Assembly (NCBI GenBank): GCA_003427395.1
Contig: BFEA01000046.1
Span: forward strand, 3,117,576 to 3,181,120
Length of the DNA: 63,545 nt
From: Chara braunii
Taxonomy: Eukaryota > Plantae > Charophyceae
Direction of reading: 5' to 3'
Shown: positions 61,621 to 63,545 of the stretch, piece by piece
Position numbering within the stretch: position 1 is the first letter of the stretch
Layout: each line of letters starts with the position of its first letter
The notes under the pieces: model-generated
What the model was told of the DNA's origin: nothing
The model's database searches: none
The model's input: only the letters and a program-made list of their open reading frames with translations
Made by a program: the position numbers and the translations under genes

Positions 61621-63169
61621 AAGGGATGTAGTTGGGAGGATGGTGGCTGGCGGAAGAATCTGAGGATGCTATCTTTTCAAGTTGGCACCGAGACTGTCAC
61701 TCATCTGCAGCAGGGCGATGGAGACCAGGGCAGGTGACTGGGAGGTGGCGCAGAGGATCATGGCAGAGCCGGTGGCTGTGGTGGAGGAGTGGCTGGTAAT
61801 GGGCGAGATCGGTGACATGGTCGGGGAGGTTGACAACACTAAAACATCAACAACAACAACAACACTGGGTTTACGGCAGAGGTGGTGGCTGTGGTGGAGG
61901 TGAGGCAGGTGTTAGGCGAGATTGGTGTGAAGGGGGGGGAGGATGTGAACAGCAACAACAACAACAACAACAACGACGCCGGTAACAACTGCGATGATGA
62001 TGGCGAACAACGAGTGGGTGTAATGGGCGAGGAAGGTGTGAAGCATGACCACAAAATTTACAACAGTGGCGATAACAGTAACAATGACTGCAACATCAGC
62101 AACAACAAACGCCACAACAACCACAACAACAACATCTACAACAACGATCATGATGTCAGCGGTGATGAAATCTACGAGAGTAGCGGGGCGTGAAAGGTTT
62201 ACTGTGCCTCCAAACGCCCTTTCCGCATCAAGGGAGAGATGCCGCCAACATTTAGGGAGGAAGGGATTAGGACCTTGTTAGGGCTCGCGAGGTCAAATTT
62301 TAGGTTGAAGGTGCGACCTACCGTCCCCCCCCCCTTTCCTGCCTGGCGTGTTTACTCTGATGATTCATTTGCTCTTTTTCGGCACTGGGTGGCCATAGGA
62401 TAGATGCTCTCCCCCTCGTCGATTAATGGTTGATTGGCTTGTAACTCTCATGGCCTCACCTCTCATTCATGCAGCTTCATGCGGGGTTGGATGATTACGG
62501 GTTTATTTTTGGTTCTGAGGTGAACTACGTTTCTCAACAGTTATACTTGGGTCTTTATCCTTCGATGATTGACAGGGCTGGGCTTGTGGTATTGCTCGAT
62601 ATGAAGAAACGGTATTCTAGGTACACAGGGTCTCCCCTCATGAACACTGATCACATCAGAACTAGGGTTTCGACTTCTGGTGTCATCAACAAAATTGGGC
62701 ATGATACCTTGCCCGACATGAGACCGATTTCCAGCAGATACATTCTGATCATTGTACAGGGACGCTAGACCCGATTTCCAGCAGGTGTAGCTCCCCACCA
62801 ATAGATGGAGCCTTCGACGTCGGGGCCTACTTATCGGCGGTGATCTTATCACCTCGTTAAGTAGGTTTCCTTTATGAAGTTAAAAAAAAAGATGTAGTAA
62901 AGGCACTATAATGATAGCAGCATTTTCCCACCTATTTGACCAGGATAACCTACACACAAATCATGCTTAGGAATGTTAGATATGGGATGGCATACTACAA
63001 CTCGTTGTATAACGAAAACACAAGAGTGGAGTGTACTGATAGTTGGCTGGTCGGGGGTGGGAGGTGGGGTGTGTGGGGGTGGGGGGGGGTTTGTTAACTC
63101 TTTCTTGCATTTGCACAGGAGCTGCATGTGCACCATCAGTTGTTGCTGAATCGAGTTTGAAAAGGCATG

Positions 63170-63545
63170 GACACAAAGGCAATTTGAAATTTGTGTGCTA
63201 ACCTGAAGTGACTGAACCGCCTGAAAGGCGGTTCAGACAACCTTATGTACGCACCCAAAGGCAATCTGAAACTGTTGTAGTAACCTGAAGTGACTGAACC
63301 GCTTGAAGGTAGTTCAGACAACCTCATGTATGGACAAAGGCAATGTAAAGGCAATATGAAATTGGTGTAGTAACCTGAAGTGATTGAACCGCCTGAATGC
63401 GGTTCGGACAACCTCATGTATGAACACAAAGGCAATCTGAAAGTGTTAAAGTAAACTAAAGTGGCTGAACCGCCTAAAAGCGGTTCCGACAACCTTATGT
63501 ATGGACACAAAGGCAATCTGAAATTGATGTAGTAACCTGAAGTGA
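63170..63545. repeat. ~81-bp tandem repeat with internal palindrome, running off the window end
   Basis: Unit caaaggcaatctgaaactgttgtagtaacctgaagtgactgaaccgcctgaaaggcggttcagacaaccttatgta, ~4.5 copies. Confidence 0.9.

Overview
This is repeat-dense eukaryotic genomic DNA with many (GA)n/(TA)n/(CA)n microsatellites, several N gaps and GT-AG introns. The TE content suggests a streptophyte alga such as Chara, which is my inference. I found no intact host gene. Manual exon stitching with consistent splice phases recovers a cluster of decayed, intron-containing genes. On the minus strand are a Kyakuja-type KDZ transposase (CxC5-CxC6-chromodomain-catalytic core, 1297-31520), a DUF3987-like P-loop ATPase (38560-48315) and an RPA70 DBD-C-like OB-fold protein (48780-55687). 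Divergently on the plus strand is a PrimPol/UL52-type zinc finger (56410-57331). Together they may be the relic of one giant transposon carrying a replication module. A 19-kb intron of the transposase holds a Chlamys/Naiad-type Penelope-like retroelement (CCHC ORF1, GIY-YIG-RT ORF2, pseudo-LTRs each with a type I hammerhead ribozyme). That element is itself interrupted by a 10-kb unclassified element carrying a U6 snRNA-derived segment and about 16 covarying hairpins separated by mostly unique spacers. A cluster of type III hammerhead ribozymes in retrozyme-like modules lies at 52.4-55.3 kb. All protein family calls come from motif recognition by eye and need profile searches to confirm.
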